23,639 nt of DNA from Candidatus Rokuibacteriota bacterium (GTDB lineage Bacteria > Methylomirabilota > Methylomirabilia > Rokubacteriales > DASRDR01). The notes below the pieces were generated by a model. It saw only the letters and a program-made list of their open reading frames with translations, was not told the origin of the DNA and made no database searches. Shown piece after piece: positions 23,620 through 23,639 of the stretch. The stretch's first letter is position 1; each line of letters opens with the position of its first letter. The stretch is taken from assembly GCA_044866005.1 (NCBI GenBank), contig JBIOTN010000074.1, positions 1-23,639 on the forward strand, in the 5' to 3' direction. A program made the translations under genes and the position numbers.

Positions 23620-23639
23620 GCATCGGGGGGGGGGGGGGG

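Noticed and set aside
23625..23639. Terminal run of 15 G as a phase-variable tract or G-quadruplex
   Set aside because: It sits at the very end of the sequence and is most likely a two-colour sequencing poly-G or contig-end artefact. Spanning reads would be needed to say otherwise.

Overview
Very GC-rich, gene-dense bacterial window with about 22 CDSs and no rRNA, tRNA, CRISPR array or mobile element that I can support. The style resembles Ca. Rokubacteria/Methylomirabilota, but that is inference only. Left to right: (1) a translationally coupled methyltransferase / ChbG-HpnK deacetylase / ROK kinase trio; (2) a FAD/Fe-S (YdiJ or GlcD-GlcF-type) oxidoreductase, a short tandem repeat, a TauE/SafE permease and a small acidic protein; (3) a minus-strand run of class V aminotransferase, D-2-hydroxyacid dehydrogenase, DUF6125-like protein, hybrid GAF-PAS histidine kinase and a glutaredoxin-DinB fusion; (4) a LAB_N protein divergent from a Lrp/AsnC-domain protein, a GT39/ArnT-like glycosyltransferase and an alpha/beta hydrolase; (5) a FecR / outer-membrane beta-barrel / lipoprotein operon; (6) TusA, an HD-GYP protein, a membrane protein and the start of a polysaccharide export locus, with three sigma54-type promoters. 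Top finding: the ORF track truncates the glutaredoxin-DinB gene. It most plausibly starts at ATG 7723 (minus strand), reads through an in-frame TGA in a U-x-x-C redox motif (PG-U-SSC), and has a SECIS-like hairpin right after that TGA. It is therefore a candidate hidden selenoprotein that fuses a Sec-glutaredoxin to a DinB/thiol-S-transferase-fold domain.
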